Source: a virus
Lineage: Duplodnaviria; Caudoviricetes
Direction: 5' to 3' (one strand)
IMG/VR virus record: IMGVR_UViG_3300025466_000048
Span: 1-53,455 of that record
Length of the DNA: 53,455 nt
Within the stretch, counting starts at the first letter, position 1; each line of letters begins with the position of its first letter. The translations under genes and the position numbers were made by a program. Positions 29,342 to 40,094 of the stretch are shown in pieces. The notes under the pieces were generated by a model, which was not told the DNA's origin, made no database searches, and saw nothing but the letters and a program-made list of their open reading frames with translations.

Positions 29342-29786
29342 ACAACTTGAAGCCGAGACAAAAGCGTTTATTTTAAAAACGTTCTGTTTTATTCTTGTGC
29401 TTGTGACGGTGCTATTTTCATATAGCATTGTTTTTAATGAACAACCATTGTTTGTTGAAGCGCCTGCTGACAAGGCAATTTTGGCTATTTTGTCTTCAAT
29501 CATGGTGCAGATATTCACCGTGGTCAGTTTGGTGCTTACAGGCAAGTCTAGCGTGCCTCCAACTCCTCCGATGCCTTTTAATCCTTGTATGGGTCAACCT
29601 ATGATGGGGCAAATGGGATATGGATCACCTATGCAATTTCAAAGTGGCAACAACTCCACTTCAGGATTCAGCATTGATCCTACCCAAGCTTGGACACCTC
29701 CTCCTCCGCCCACAACTCCACCGACTTTAGAACATGAGGAAGAGCGAGAGCGTATGGCAAATGCAAGGGCTAGTGTAAATGCTTGA
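29322..29786 (+). CDS. two-TM membrane protein with Pro-rich tail (holin candidate)
   Basis: Two hydrophobic helices; perfect 16-bp site at 29644..29659. Confidence 0.6.
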   Translation: MAHKTPEQLEAETKAFILKTFCFILVLVTVLFSYSIVFNEQPLFVEAPADKAILAILSSIMVQIFTVVSLVLTGKSSVPPTPPMPFNPCMGQPMMGQMGYGSPMQFQSGNNSTSGFSIDPTQAWTPPPPPTTPPTLEHEEERERMANARASVNA

Positions 29787-30339
29787 GTTTTTTGCTAACA
29801 TTTTTCTATATATTGCCTATTGTGTACTTATTTTGGCTATTTTGGTACACGTTGTGTCCTATGTGTTCCCGTTGGGTACATATAAGTTTCCAGTACAAAT
29901 TGTCAGTTTAATCTTAGTTATTTTAGGAGGTTACTATGTCGCAGATCATCACGGCTATGAAAGACGGGTTGCAGAAGATCAAGCAGAAATTATCCGACTT
30001 AATGACGAAGCTCGCGCCAAAGAAGCCGAACTGAACAAGAAGCTCTCAGGCGTAACCACTGCACTTGTAAAGGCGAGAAACGATGTTAAAACAAAGCAGT
30101 CTAGTATTAATTCTAGGATTGACTCTGGCGAGTTGCGCCTCCCCACCAGTTGTCCCGTTCAAACCTCCACAGATGCCGCCTCTCCCAGAGGAGATTCAAC
30201 CAATGACGGCCAATCTGAGCGACAGGCTATTAAAGATATTGCAGCCATCGCAGCAGACGGGGACATCGCCATCACCCAGCTCAACGCCTGTATCAACACC
30301 TACCAAAAAGTAAGGGAGATGGTCAATGTTAAGCCCTGA
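29779..30339 (+). CDS. i-spanin (Rz-like)
   Basis: N-terminal TM, coiled coil, GD.AI.QLNAC. Confidence 0.8.
   Translation: MLEFFANIFLYIAYCVLILAILVHVVSYVFPLGTYKFPVQIVSLILVILGGYYVADHHGYERRVAEDQAEIIRLNDEARAKEAELNKKLSGVTTALVKARNDVKTKQSSINSRIDSGELRLPTSCPVQTSTDAASPRGDSTNDGQSERQAIKDIAAIAADGDIAITQLNACINTYQKVREMVNVKP
30083..30313 (+). CDS. o-spanin (Rz1-like lipoprotein) embedded in Rz
   Basis: LAS-C lipobox then Pro-rich region, in the +1 frame. Confidence 0.8.
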   Translation: MLKQSSLVLILGLTLASCASPPVVPFKPPQMPPLPEEIQPMTANLSDRLLKILQPSQQTGTSPSPSSTPVSTPTKK

Positions 30340-30916
30340 GAAACTCCACAAACTAGGTATTGGGGCTGAATGGGCTCAACCCTTGATGGATACGTTTGTC
30401 AAGTTTGGCATGGTCAGTCCAAAGGAACAAGCATCTTTCATAGGGCAATGCAGTCATGAGAGCAACCATTTCCGAGTCTTGGAAGAAAATCTTAACTATC
30501 GAGCAGAGACCCTTCAAGCTTTGTTCGGTCACAAGTTCAAACCCGAAGAAATTCAATCTTACGCCCATAATCCACAGCGCATTGCCAATAGGATTTACGC
30601 CAATCGCATGGGAAACCGTGACGAAGCCTCTGGGGATGGGTACCGCTTTAGGGGAAGAGGGCTTGTTCAACTCACCGGGCATGACAACTACTGGCACTGT
30701 GGCCAAGCGGTGGGTCAGGATTTTGTGATGAATCCTGACTTGGTGGCAACTCCAACATTCGCTGCGATGAGCGCTGGGTGGTTCTGGCAGACCCATCATT
30801 GCGGATCTTTAATAGATAATCAAGAGCAACTTTGTAAACGTGTAAATGGTGGATTAATAGGACTCCAAGATAGAATAGCTCAAACCCAAAATGCACTTGC
30901 TGTTTTGACTGCCTAG
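30326..30916 (+). CDS. GH19 family endolysin
   Basis: QCSHES, LEENLNY, FRGRGLVQLTG..NY, SAGWFW, VNGG..G..DR. Confidence 0.92.
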   Translation: MLSPEKLHKLGIGAEWAQPLMDTFVKFGMVSPKEQASFIGQCSHESNHFRVLEENLNYRAETLQALFGHKFKPEEIQSYAHNPQRIANRIYANRMGNRDEASGDGYRFRGRGLVQLTGHDNYWHCGQAVGQDFVMNPDLVATPTFAAMSAGWFWQTHHCGSLIDNQEQLCKRVNGGLIGLQDRIAQTQNALAVLTA

Positions 30917-30945
30917 TGGGAAAATAGACTAAAAATGGGGAAATC

Positions 30946-31611
30946 ATGACCACCACACTTGTTGCTACGCCAGCCAATCCTAACTCATGGGTTTTGACCT
31001 ATGACAACTTGATTGCCATCGTTCCACAGTATTTGGAGAGGTCAGATACCGCAACAATTAATGCAATTCCTACGTTCATTACTTTGGCTGAGTTTGAGAT
31101 AGCTCAGCAGATCAAGACTTTGGGTCAGTTGCAGATTGTTGAGGCGACAATGACCGCAGGTAACCCAGTCATCCAAAAGCCCTCCAGATGGCGTAAAACC
31201 GTCTCTATGAACTACACGGACAGCAGTGGTAACCGTAACCCTATCTTGCTTCGTAAGTACGAGTATTTGACCAACTATTGGCCAGTCAACACGCAGACAT
31301 CTGCACCTTTGTTTTATTCGGATACAAGTTGGGATTTTTGGTACATAGCGCCAACTCCAGATCAATCGTATAACTTTGAGGTGCTTTACTATGAGCGCAT
31401 TCAGCCTTTGAGTTCTACCAATCAGACCAATTGGCTGACACAGAATGCACCCAATGCCATGCTTTTTGGCACGTTGTTGCAAGCCATGCCTTTCCTTAAA
31501 AATGACCAACGTCAGATCTTCGAGCAGAAATATCAGGAAGCTATTCAAGCCCTGAAAGCTGAGGATGTATCTAGAGTTGGAGATCGCCAATCTGTTGCAG
31601 TGGATAGTTAA
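30946..31611 (+). CDS. tail adaptor-like protein
   Basis: IPTFITLAE, APTPD..Y, TNWL...PN..L.G.L. Confidence 0.65.
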   Translation: MTTTLVATPANPNSWVLTYDNLIAIVPQYLERSDTATINAIPTFITLAEFEIAQQIKTLGQLQIVEATMTAGNPVIQKPSRWRKTVSMNYTDSSGNRNPILLRKYEYLTNYWPVNTQTSAPLFYSDTSWDFWYIAPTPDQSYNFEVLYYERIQPLSSTNQTNWLTQNAPNAMLFGTLLQAMPFLKNDQRQIFEQKYQEAIQALKAEDVSRVGDRQSVAVDS

Positions 31612-31613
31612 TC

Positions 31614-32843
31614 ATGACCTACTATGTAAACCCCTATACAGGTTCCACGATCAGCCCATCTCAGGTTGGTTATGAGAGCCTCACAATCAGTGCTAACACC
31701 ACGCTTCAGTGGCCAGTCAACGGAAACACAAGTGGAGTTGTTGCCAACATTATTGAAGTGACAGCCACAACGACTGGCCTAAAGTTGATTTTGCCCACTG
31801 CGACTCAAGTCTCTACAGGGCAGTCATTTTTAATTAAAAACATAGCAACCAATCCTTTTACGGTCTATGAAAATGACACCACGACTAGCCTGATCACCAT
31901 CAATTCAGGAATCTCTTACTACATTTACTTGACCAACAACACCACTACAAATGGTTCTTGGTCGGTTTTACAGTTTGGCGCTAGTACATCATCAGCTAAC
32001 GCATCAAGCTTGGCAGGTTATGGAATAAGCGCGACAAATACAACGCTCAACACAATCACACCGATTGTGAGCTATTACAGTAACATCACTTTACCAAACA
32101 GTGCTCAGTCCCAAATTTCATCATGGACTGGTGGAGTTGGCACCATTACTTTACCGACATCAACAAGCGCAACAGCAAGTTGGTACACCATTGTCAAGAA
32201 CAACGGAACAGGTATATTGACAATTGCTTGCCAAGGCGCAGATGTCATTGATGGCGGTACAAGCTCATTCCAACTCCAAGTTGGAGAATCTTTGTATTTG
32301 ATCTCTAATGGCTCAACAGGATATACGTCTTGGGGTTATGGTCAAAGTTCAGTATTCTTTTTCACACAAGAACAGATTTCGGTTACAGGTGCAGGTGCAA
32401 CAATTACTTTGACGAGTACGCAAGCATCCTATACTTTACAGAACTACACTGGAACATTGGGTCAAAACACAAATGTTATTGTTCCTCCGACTGTTCAGTT
32501 TTACATTATCACTAACAGCACATCGGGTGCTTTTACACTAACATTTAAGACAAGTGTTGGTGGGGGCGCTACAGTAGCAGTTCCATCTGGAACAACTGTA
32601 GGATTAATTTGTGATGGCACAAACGTTACTGCGATCTCGACTGTAACCAATAGCGCAAACAATTTAACGCTTCAAGTGGGATCGGCATCTAATCCATCGT
32701 TGAACTTCTTGAGTAATTTAACGACTGGTCTTTACGTACCAAGCTCCAACACGATTGGATTTGCATCAAATGGAACACAAGCCGCGACACTTGGCCCATC
32801 AGGACTTTATGTTGCTAATGGTATTAGTGGGGGTTCATTTTGA
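31614..32843 (+). CDS. tail structural protein
   Basis: Beta-rich T/S/G composition; 16-bp site (-) at 31732. Confidence 0.6.
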   Translation: MTYYVNPYTGSTISPSQVGYESLTISANTTLQWPVNGNTSGVVANIIEVTATTTGLKLILPTATQVSTGQSFLIKNIATNPFTVYENDTTTSLITINSGISYYIYLTNNTTTNGSWSVLQFGASTSSANASSLAGYGISATNTTLNTITPIVSYYSNITLPNSAQSQISSWTGGVGTITLPTSTSATASWYTIVKNNGTGILTIACQGADVIDGGTSSFQLQVGESLYLISNGSTGYTSWGYGQSSVFFFTQEQISVTGAGATITLTSTQASYTLQNYTGTLGQNTNVIVPPTVQFYIITNSTSGAFTLTFKTSVGGGATVAVPSGTTVGLICDGTNVTAISTVTNSANNLTLQVGSASNPSLNFLSNLTTGLYVPSSNTIGFASNGTQAATLGPSGLYVANGISGGSF

Positions 32844-35095
32844 CCGCTAAGGTTGTATCCCTTACAGTCCCACCAGGCATTCAAAGGGATGGTACTGTAT
32901 TTGCGTCTGCATCCTATGTTGATGGTCAGTGGGTTCGATTCCAACGTGGTTTGCCAAGAAAGATTGGCGGATACACGGGCGCATTTTTGAACTCATTTGG
33001 ATTGTCTCGTGGTTTGATCATGAGCGCATCAAATGGGCTGAATTACATTATCTCTGGTTATAGCGCAGGGGTTCAGCAATGGATTACCAACAACGTCACA
33101 GCAATTGGGACTGGGCCAAATCCTTTTTCCATGCCCTCTACGTTTATGCCAAATGCCAACAACTTATGGCAATTTGACATTGGGTATGACTCTTCGGGTG
33201 GTGGAAATCTTCAGTTGATTGCACACCCTGGTCAGAATCTCCAGTACATCACAAGCACCACAAACACTCGACCCTTGTATGGTCAGTTCACAGGCACGTC
33301 ATTAGCCCCTGTAGGCGTTTTTACTGCTACGGGTACACTGACATCAGGCTCTAGTCTTGTGACGTTTGCAAGCACGATTGTGGCGATTGGCGCAGGGGTT
33401 TCAGTCTCAGGCACTGGCATACCCTCCAACACCACGGTTGTCTCATCTAGTCTTCAAGGATATGGCCCTGTTGGTCAGGTCACTATCAATACGCAAGGCA
33501 CAGGATATACAACAGGGACACACACAGGTGTATCCATTGTTGGTGGACAAATTGGTTCAGGCGCACAAGCCACTGTTGTTGTCACGGGCGGTGCGATCAC
33601 TTCGGTAACGGTTACCCTTGGTGGGTCAAATTACTTGTACCAAGATACATTCACCCTATCTGGTGGTGGTATAGGATCAGGCACAGGTTTTCAAGGATCT
33701 ATCAGTGCTTTGGCGTCAATCACCTCTAATTTGTGGACAGCTTTTTTAAACAATAGCGCAACCACAAGCGGAGCGCAGACATTGACATTCGACAACAATA
33801 TCTCTGTGTCGGGTGGAGTTGTGATGTTATTTCCTTACCTCTTTGTGTATGGAAATAATGGACTGATACAGAACTGCGCTGCAGGCGACTTTAACAACTG
33901 GACAAGCGCTGACTCAAATGCCAACAACGTGTCCTCTACAAAGATCGTCAAGGGTCTTCCTCTGCGTGGTGGTACTACCTCACCATCGGGTCTATTTTGG
34001 TCTTTAGACAGCGTTATACGTGTTTCCTATACACCAACTACAGTGACTTCAGGAACCACTTCTAGCACGTTCTATTGGCGTTATGACTTAATCTCTCAAC
34101 AAACCTCAATCATGTCTTCAAGTTCCGTGATTGAATATGATGGCATCTTTTACTGGGCAGGGATTGATCGTTTCTTGATGTACAACGGAGTTGTTGCCGA
34201 AGTTCCAAATTCAATGAATCTGAATTGGTTCTACGATAATGTGAATTATTCACAGCGTCAAAAGGTTTGGGTAACGAAAGTTCCACGGTTTAATGAGATT
34301 TGGTGGTTCTATCCACGTGGTGATGCGACTGAATGTACAGATGCAATTATTTACAATATAAAAGATAAGATTTGGTATGACGCTGGTTCAGCACCAGGGG
34401 CACGTCGCTCCGCAGGGTGGTTTACCGAAGTGTTTCCCAAACCTATTTGGGGTGGAACAGATACAGCAACCACGCTGTCTATTGTTGGATCAGTGTCTGG
34501 CACTACATTGACTGTGACACAAGTCAATCTTGGAGTTGTTACCATAGGTCAAGTGCTGACAGGTTCAGGCATACCTGATCAAATGGTAATTACCGCTTTG
34601 GGATCAGGATCAGGTGGAACAGGGACTTACACTGTCAATAACCCTTCAAGCACCACTGTTTCATCTACTACCATGATTGCCAATTCAAGCATCATTTGGC
34701 AACACGAGACAGGTACGAATCAAGTCTATTTGACCAACAATGATGCAATTTATTCGGCTTTTGAGACCCCTGTTTTGGGCAATCTATTGGGGTATGTAGG
34801 ATCGACTCAACAGCCTGGTGAGAATAACTGGACACGCTGCGAACGCATAGAGCCTGACTTTGTACAAGTTGGTGGCATGGATGTGATTGTGACTGGTAAG
34901 GGTTATGCCGATGACATTGATCGTCCATCAGTTCCATATACATTTGACCCAACAACTCTTAAAATTGACATGCGTGAGCAACGTCGTGAGATGAGATTAA
35001 GGTTTGAATCAAATACTTTTAACGGTAATTACCAAATGGGTAAGATCGTTCTCAGCGTTGAGACAGGTGATGTACGCGGAACGGGTAACCCATGA
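32840..35095 (+). CDS. tail nozzle/stabilisation-like protein with fibre-like inserts
   Basis: [28 protein letters not shown]. Confidence 0.6.
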   Translation: MTAKVVSLTVPPGIQRDGTVFASASYVDGQWVRFQRGLPRKIGGYTGAFLNSFGLSRGLIMSASNGLNYIISGYSAGVQQWITNNVTAIGTGPNPFSMPSTFMPNANNLWQFDIGYDSSGGGNLQLIAHPGQNLQYITSTTNTRPLYGQFTGTSLAPVGVFTATGTLTSGSSLVTFASTIVAIGAGVSVSGTGIPSNTTVVSSSLQGYGPVGQVTINTQGTGYTTGTHTGVSIVGGQIGSGAQATVVVTGGAITSVTVTLGGSNYLYQDTFTLSGGGIGSGTGFQGSISALASITSNLWTAFLNNSATTSGAQTLTFDNNISVSGGVVMLFPYLFVYGNNGLIQNCAAGDFNNWTSADSNANNVSSTKIVKGLPLRGGTTSPSGLFWSLDSVIRVSYTPTTVTSGTTSSTFYWRYDLISQQTSIMSSSSVIEYDGIFYWAGIDRFLMYNGVVAEVPNSMNLNWFYDNVNYSQRQKVWVTKVPRFNEIWWFYPRGDATECTDAIIYNIKDKIWYDAGSAPGARRSAGWFTEVFPKPIWGGTDTATTLSIVGSVSGTTLTVTQVNLGVVTIGQVLTGSGIPDQMVITALGSGSGGTGTYTVNNPSSTTVSSTTMIANSSIIWQHETGTNQVYLTNNDAIYSAFETPVLGNLLGYVGSTQQPGENNWTRCERIEPDFVQVGGMDVIVTGKGYADDIDRPSVPYTFDPTTLKIDMREQRREMRLRFESNTFNGNYQMGKIVLSVETGDVRGTGNP

Positions 35096-35352
35096 CCGTC
35101 TACGACCCAAGAGGGATGACATGGGATCAATGGTGTGCGCTGATGGCGGAGTTGTTTGCGCCTAATCAGTTGGGGACACTACCTGAAGAAAGATGGAGAG
35201 AATGGGGTGATGCGGTAGCAGGCATTGGTTACTTCATGGCATCAGGCATTGCGGATACAAGGGGATTTGAGACGTGGCAAGATTGGGCTTTTCATATGGT
35301 TGGGACAATGACAATCATAGGGACGGCTAGTTCAACAAATGCGGTGGCGTAA
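35092..35352 (+). CDS. Trp-rich hypothetical protein
   Basis: Coupled at both ends. Confidence 0.7.
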   Translation: MTVYDPRGMTWDQWCALMAELFAPNQLGTLPEERWREWGDAVAGIGYFMASGIADTRGFETWQDWAFHMVGTMTIIGTASSTNAVA

Positions 35353-38300
35353 TGGCAGATGATACAGGTTTAGTTAATAGTTGGTTCGCAGCTAACCCGA
35401 ACGCTACACAGGCGGATGCGGCGGCTGCGGTGCAAGCCTATGGTGGACTGACACCTGACTTGGCACAAGCCTTGGCTACTCACTATGGCACTTCGGCTGA
35501 CAACGTCAACACTGCATATCAGCAGTTGACTGCGCCCACTCCAACTCCTACTCCAACTCCCGTTCCTGCGCCTACTCCAGTCCCAACGCCTACACCGACT
35601 TCATCACCACTGGCAACACCAACTTATACACAGTACACACCAGATCAAATACAAAACTATTTGACCTCAAACCCTGGTGTCAATGTTGCGTTGGCTGAAC
35701 AAAAAACAAATGCAGATCCAAACGCAGTTGCCTCTGTAATCGCTGGGATGGCAACAACTCCAAATAATCCATTGGCATCAATTGTCCAAGGAAATATAAA
35801 GCCAACATATACCAATACAGAGATAGCGGCTGATGCGAATGCTATCTTGAATAGTGGTGGAACTTATGCTGACGTTGCAAAAGAGCTAGATGCAAAGGGT
35901 GTGACGCCCACGCAGTTGGCCACGGCATTGAATATAAACCCTGCTTACGTACAGAATCAGTACAACATAGCTGATCCTACAGGCTCACAAGTCAAGGCTT
36001 ATTCGGGTGATAAGGCACCATCGACCGCATCAGACACAAGTAATAACTTCAACACAACATACAACGCGCTTCAATATGGAAATACAAAAGTTGTTCAAAC
36101 TGGAGCAGATGAATCAGGCGCTCCAACGTATGGCCTTCAAGATGCCAACGGCAACATATTGCCTGGCACTCCTATTGATATGGGGAATGGCGTCTATGAC
36201 GTTCAAGTTGGCTCTGCTGGTGGAATCATTCACACATATACAACTCTTAGTTCTGATGGGACATTAAATCCTGTTACCGACTACAGTACACAAGTTGACT
36301 ACACGGGTGGAAACAAGGGTGGATTTGTAAATCAAGTGGCATCAGGTATTTCTGCTTTATCGCCTGTGCTTGGCCCAGCCTCAGCTATCCTAGCCCCAGA
36401 GCTTCCATTGTTGGGAACTGTGCTTTCTGGTGCTAACACTGTCAATGCTATCAACAACAACAATCCATTGGGTGCTCTTTTGGGTGGAGTTAACACCGCC
36501 CTATCATTGAATGGAACTGGGCCTGTAACAGATAAATCTCCTTTAGATCAAGGAACTGTTGATTTATTAAAGAATGCACAGACTGGTCTAACCATAGCCA
36601 ATGCTATTAAAACAAATAATCCATTGGCTCTTGCTAGTACGGTATCTAAAGCTTTGGGGATCAATACTGACCCATTGGTTGCGAATGCACTCACAGGTGC
36701 AAGTCTTGCTCTTGCAATATCCAAGAATGACATGAATGGAATGATGTCCGCAGCGATGTCATTGGCAAAGAGCAACAACCCAACAATTGCATCATCTGCG
36801 CAAAAAGTTATTGATACAGCCAACAATGGTGGTGATGTTACGCAAGCTGCGAGTGACATGACTCAATACGTTGACAAGGCACAAAAATACTATGACTACG
36901 CAATTAGTCAAGGCAAGTCAGATGCTGAAGCCACCATGTTTGTGAACGCTACATTGGGCGGTGGTGGCGGTGGATCAATGGTGAATACCATGCTAGATTT
37001 GGGAACCGTTGGTGGATATCCAAACGGTATGCCAATAGTTCCACCTGCAACCTTGGGCTCATCAGGCGTTGGGACATCTGCTAATGTAAATAGTGGAGGA
37101 ACCAATGCACCTTCATACATACCATTAGACAAGTTAGATGTTGGTAATCCTTTGGTTACCAACGCAACCAATGCAATCAATAATGCAATAGATACTAATG
37201 GAGTTCCTGAAGGCACTGATTTGAGTGGCGGAACTTACGTTAAAAGTGAAAATGATCCTGATACTGGTGAAACAGTATTCAGTGTCCAAAAGCCTGTTTC
37301 GTTCACAAATGCAGATGGTCAGTCTACAGGATACACAATCATGTATGAGCCTGTTTCAGGCAAGACCATGTATGTGTATCAGCAATATAACAACCAAACG
37401 GGTAATTGGACTATTGCGCAAAGTGCGCAACCACCTACATTCAACGATCAATCACAGCAATTTGACAACATCAAGCCATTGGACATACCTCCAGAGGCAA
37501 AAGACAGTACATCAAAAACTGACACAACAACTGAGTCTCCTTTAGTCAATGCGGGTGTAACGGATAACACCAAAAATGATGTCAACTCAAAAGTCAACTC
37601 ACCCTTAGTTGATAATAAACCAACCTCAAATGACGTTAATCCTGATCTTGTGAGCCCATTGGCAACACAAACAGGGCCAAATAGCACATCTAAAGTTCCA
37701 AGCAATATATCTGGGCCATTTCCCTTGGGAGGTTCGCCAGTAGGCGCGATAGCCAATACTAATGGCACAAGTCCAAGTGGAGTTGTTGCCAATGTATCTC
37801 CAAATTACAATAATTTTGGTGTTCCATCAGGTGTGCCCACTGGTACTCCTTCTGGTACGCCTTCAGGCACTCCATCAGGAACACCTTCAGGAACGCCTTC
37901 GGGAACTCCTACACCTACATCTACACCTACATCTACACCAACACCGACTTCTACTCCTAGTTCCACACCTAGCTCATCTCCATTGAGTACACCTACAAAA
38001 ACAACCACAACCACTACAGGTGGTGGTTCATCCAACACATCATTGCCTATGGTTGCTACCATGTTGGCAGGGGCGCCCGTCTATGGTGATCAAGCACATC
38101 TACAGAAGTTAAAACAACTGTACGATAGCCTTGACCCTGGGCTTGCACAGCTTTTAGCCAAAGAAGGCATCAAAGCGCCTGAAGTGGCAAAACAGCAAGA
38201 ACAATCTGACCAACCTACTGCTGAGCAATTGGCTGAAATCAATAAAGAGATCAAGTCAGAACAACCCCCAGTGGCTGAACAAATGTTGATGGCAGACGGT

Positions 38301-38969
38301 GGTAGCACTTTCCAAGATTTGGTAAAACAAACAGAGTACAAGAACATTGCGCCTGTAGCCCCTACGATTTTGCAAGCCGCGCCCGTGACTCAACAAGAGT
38401 CTAGGATAAGCCCTCTACATTACCTCAAGCAAGGCATCAGGAGAGAAGCTCCAAGCACTTCTTTGCTTGCCAAAGGGGGGTTACCCAAGAAGTACCATGA
38501 AGCCATGCCAGAGGGTCATAATCCCGAATTTATCACTGGTTTGACGGGTTACTATGCCAGTGGCAAAGGAACGGGTCAGAGCGATGATATCCCAGCGATG
38601 CTCCACGAAGGTGATCATGTGGCTGATGCTGATGTAGTTGCAGCATTGGGTGATGGATCAAGCAAAGCTGGCGCCCAAGTTTTAGATAATTTAAGAAAAA
38701 GTATTCCTTATGCAAAAGGTGGTGAGGCTAAATCTGAGCCAGTACCCGCCAAAATTGCAGATGGTGAATATGTTTTTCCTGCGGCATTTGTAACTGCACT
38801 TGGTGGTGGGGATAATAAATTAGGTGCAAAATTATTAGATACTATGAGGGAAGAGCTAAGAAAACACAAGCGATCAGCTCCAGATAACAAAATTCCCCCA
38901 AAAGCCTTTTCCCCATTAAAATACATAGAAATGGGACTTAAGGGCAATGGCACAAGAAAATTTAAGTAA
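35352..38969 (+). CDS. large internal virion/ejection protein (putative)
   Basis: 1205 aa; PT and GTPS repeats; G.GTGQSDDIPAML and ADGEYV motifs; sites at 35748(+) and 37777(-). Confidence 0.65.
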   Translation: MADDTGLVNSWFAANPNATQADAAAAVQAYGGLTPDLAQALATHYGTSADNVNTAYQQLTAPTPTPTPTPVPAPTPVPTPTPTSSPLATPTYTQYTPDQIQNYLTSNPGVNVALAEQKTNADPNAVASVIAGMATTPNNPLASIVQGNIKPTYTNTEIAADANAILNSGGTYADVAKELDAKGVTPTQLATALNINPAYVQNQYNIADPTGSQVKAYSGDKAPSTASDTSNNFNTTYNALQYGNTKVVQTGADESGAPTYGLQDANGNILPGTPIDMGNGVYDVQVGSAGGIIHTYTTLSSDGTLNPVTDYSTQVDYTGGNKGGFVNQVASGISALSPVLGPASAILAPELPLLGTVLSGANTVNAINNNNPLGALLGGVNTALSLNGTGPVTDKSPLDQGTVDLLKNAQTGLTIANAIKTNNPLALASTVSKALGINTDPLVANALTGASLALAISKNDMNGMMSAAMSLAKSNNPTIASSAQKVIDTANNGGDVTQAASDMTQYVDKAQKYYDYAISQGKSDAEATMFVNATLGGGGGGSMVNTMLDLGTVGGYPNGMPIVPPATLGSSGVGTSANVNSGGTNAPSYIPLDKLDVGNPLVTNATNAINNAIDTNGVPEGTDLSGGTYVKSENDPDTGETVFSVQKPVSFTNADGQSTGYTIMYEPVSGKTMYVYQQYNNQTGNWTIAQSAQPPTFNDQSQQFDNIKPLDIPPEAKDSTSKTDTTTESPLVNAGVTDNTKNDVNSKVNSPLVDNKPTSNDVNPDLVSPLATQTGPNSTSKVPSNISGPFPLGGSPVGAIANTNGTSPSGVVANVSPNYNNFGVPSGVPTGTPSGTPSGTPSGTPSGTPSGTPTPTSTPTSTPTPTSTPSSTPSSSPLSTPTKTTTTTTGGGSSNTSLPMVATMLAGAPVYGDQAHLQKLKQLYDSLDPGLAQLLAKEGIKAPEVAKQQEQSDQPTAEQLAEINKEIKSEQPPVAEQMLMADGGSTFQDLVKQTEYKNIAPVAPTILQAAPVTQQESRISPLHYLKQGIRREAPSTSLLAKGGLPKKYHEAMPEGHNPEFITGLTGYYASGKGTGQSDDIPAMLHEGDHVADADVVAALGDGSSKAGAQVLDNLRKSIPYAKGGEAKSEPVPAKIADGEYVFPAAFVTALGGGDNKLGAKLLDTMREELRKHKRSAPDNKIPPKAFSPLKYIEMGLKGNGTRKFK
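37818..37980 (+). repeat. coding tandem repeats (12-nt GTPS units, then TPTS)
   Basis: GGTACTCCTTCT-like units with synonymous variation. Confidence 0.8.
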
Positions 38970-38983
38970 AGGCAATCAATATC

Positions 38984-40084
38984 ATGGCTAACCTTTTACA
39001 GTCATCACAAACGCAAAATACAACCGCACCAGATTACTACACAAACTATCTGAGCAATATTGCCTCTCAGGGCGCTGCAGCGGTAAATCCCACAACTGGC
39101 GCTCAGTTTGTTGGCCCTACTGACTTACAAAATCAAGCCTTTAAAGATGTTAGTGGCGCAGCGAGTGCTTATCAGCCTACCCTTCAGGCGGCTGGCACTA
39201 CTCTTACGAGTGCAGGTACTTCAACATCTCCGTTGGCATCGGCTAATCCTTATCTAACTGCGGCGGGTGCGAACCCAGCGCAAGAAGCCGCTGCGAACAT
39301 GAATCCTTTTGCCTCTTCAGTTGCTAATCAATTGAGCAACATAGGCATGAGGAACATTCAACAGAACCTTGATCCGAACGCGACCGCTGCAGGCGTGGGA
39401 ACAGGTCAGTATGGTTCACAACGTGGTGCTCAAGTATTGGGTCAAGTTAACGCAAATGCACTGAATGATTTGAACACACAAATTGGTCAGTTGATGAACA
39501 CTGGCTACAACACCGCCTTGACGACTGCTGAGCAACAGAATCAATTGCAAGGACAGTTGGGAAGCACGGCTGCGAATGCGGCCTCTGCAGGTCAACAAAA
39601 CCTCACAAATCTTGGTGCTCAACAGTCAGCGCTCGCAGCTCAAAATCAAGCTCTTGGGTTGGGTGATGTCAATGCATTGTCTACTCTTGGTGGCCAACAA
39701 CAGACCATCGCTCAGAATCAACAGTTGTTTCCATTGACAAACTTGTCTACCTTGTCAGGTTTACTTCGTGGATACAACGTGCCTACAAGCACTACTACAA
39801 TTGCACAAGGTTCTCCATTGTCTGGATTGGCTACAGTTGGATCTGGTTTAGCAGGATTAATGCAAACACCTTCTAGTGGTGGTCAAAGCTTATTCACTCA
39901 ATTAACAGGCAAGTCTAATTTGAGCGATTTAATCAATGGGACACCGTCTGGAGGAACTCCATTTGATGGAAATCCATTGGGTGCATCTAATGTTGATACA
40001 AGTGGTTGGAAGCAAGTTGGAGATAACATGTTTACTACAAGCACTGGTCAATTAGTTGACTCTGAAGGTAATCCTCTTGCATAA
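38984..40084 (+). CDS. DNA ejection/transfer protein (putative)
   Basis: Q/A/G-rich; GQYGSQRG. Confidence 0.6.
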   Translation: MANLLQSSQTQNTTAPDYYTNYLSNIASQGAAAVNPTTGAQFVGPTDLQNQAFKDVSGAASAYQPTLQAAGTTLTSAGTSTSPLASANPYLTAAGANPAQEAAANMNPFASSVANQLSNIGMRNIQQNLDPNATAAGVGTGQYGSQRGAQVLGQVNANALNDLNTQIGQLMNTGYNTALTTAEQQNQLQGQLGSTAANAASAGQQNLTNLGAQQSALAAQNQALGLGDVNALSTLGGQQQTIAQNQQLFPLTNLSTLSGLLRGYNVPTSTTTIAQGSPLSGLATVGSGLAGLMQTPSSGGQSLFTQLTGKSNLSDLINGTPSGGTPFDGNPLGASNVDTSGWKQVGDNMFTTSTGQLVDSEGNPLA

Positions 40085-40094
40085 GGAATAAATC

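Noticed and set aside
30083-30313. Embedded lipoprotein ORF as a novel overprint
   Set aside because: Standard Rz/Rz1 embedded spanin architecture
37818-37980. GTPS/TP tandem repeats as DNA-level elements
   Set aside because: Third positions vary freely, consistent with a low-complexity protein linker
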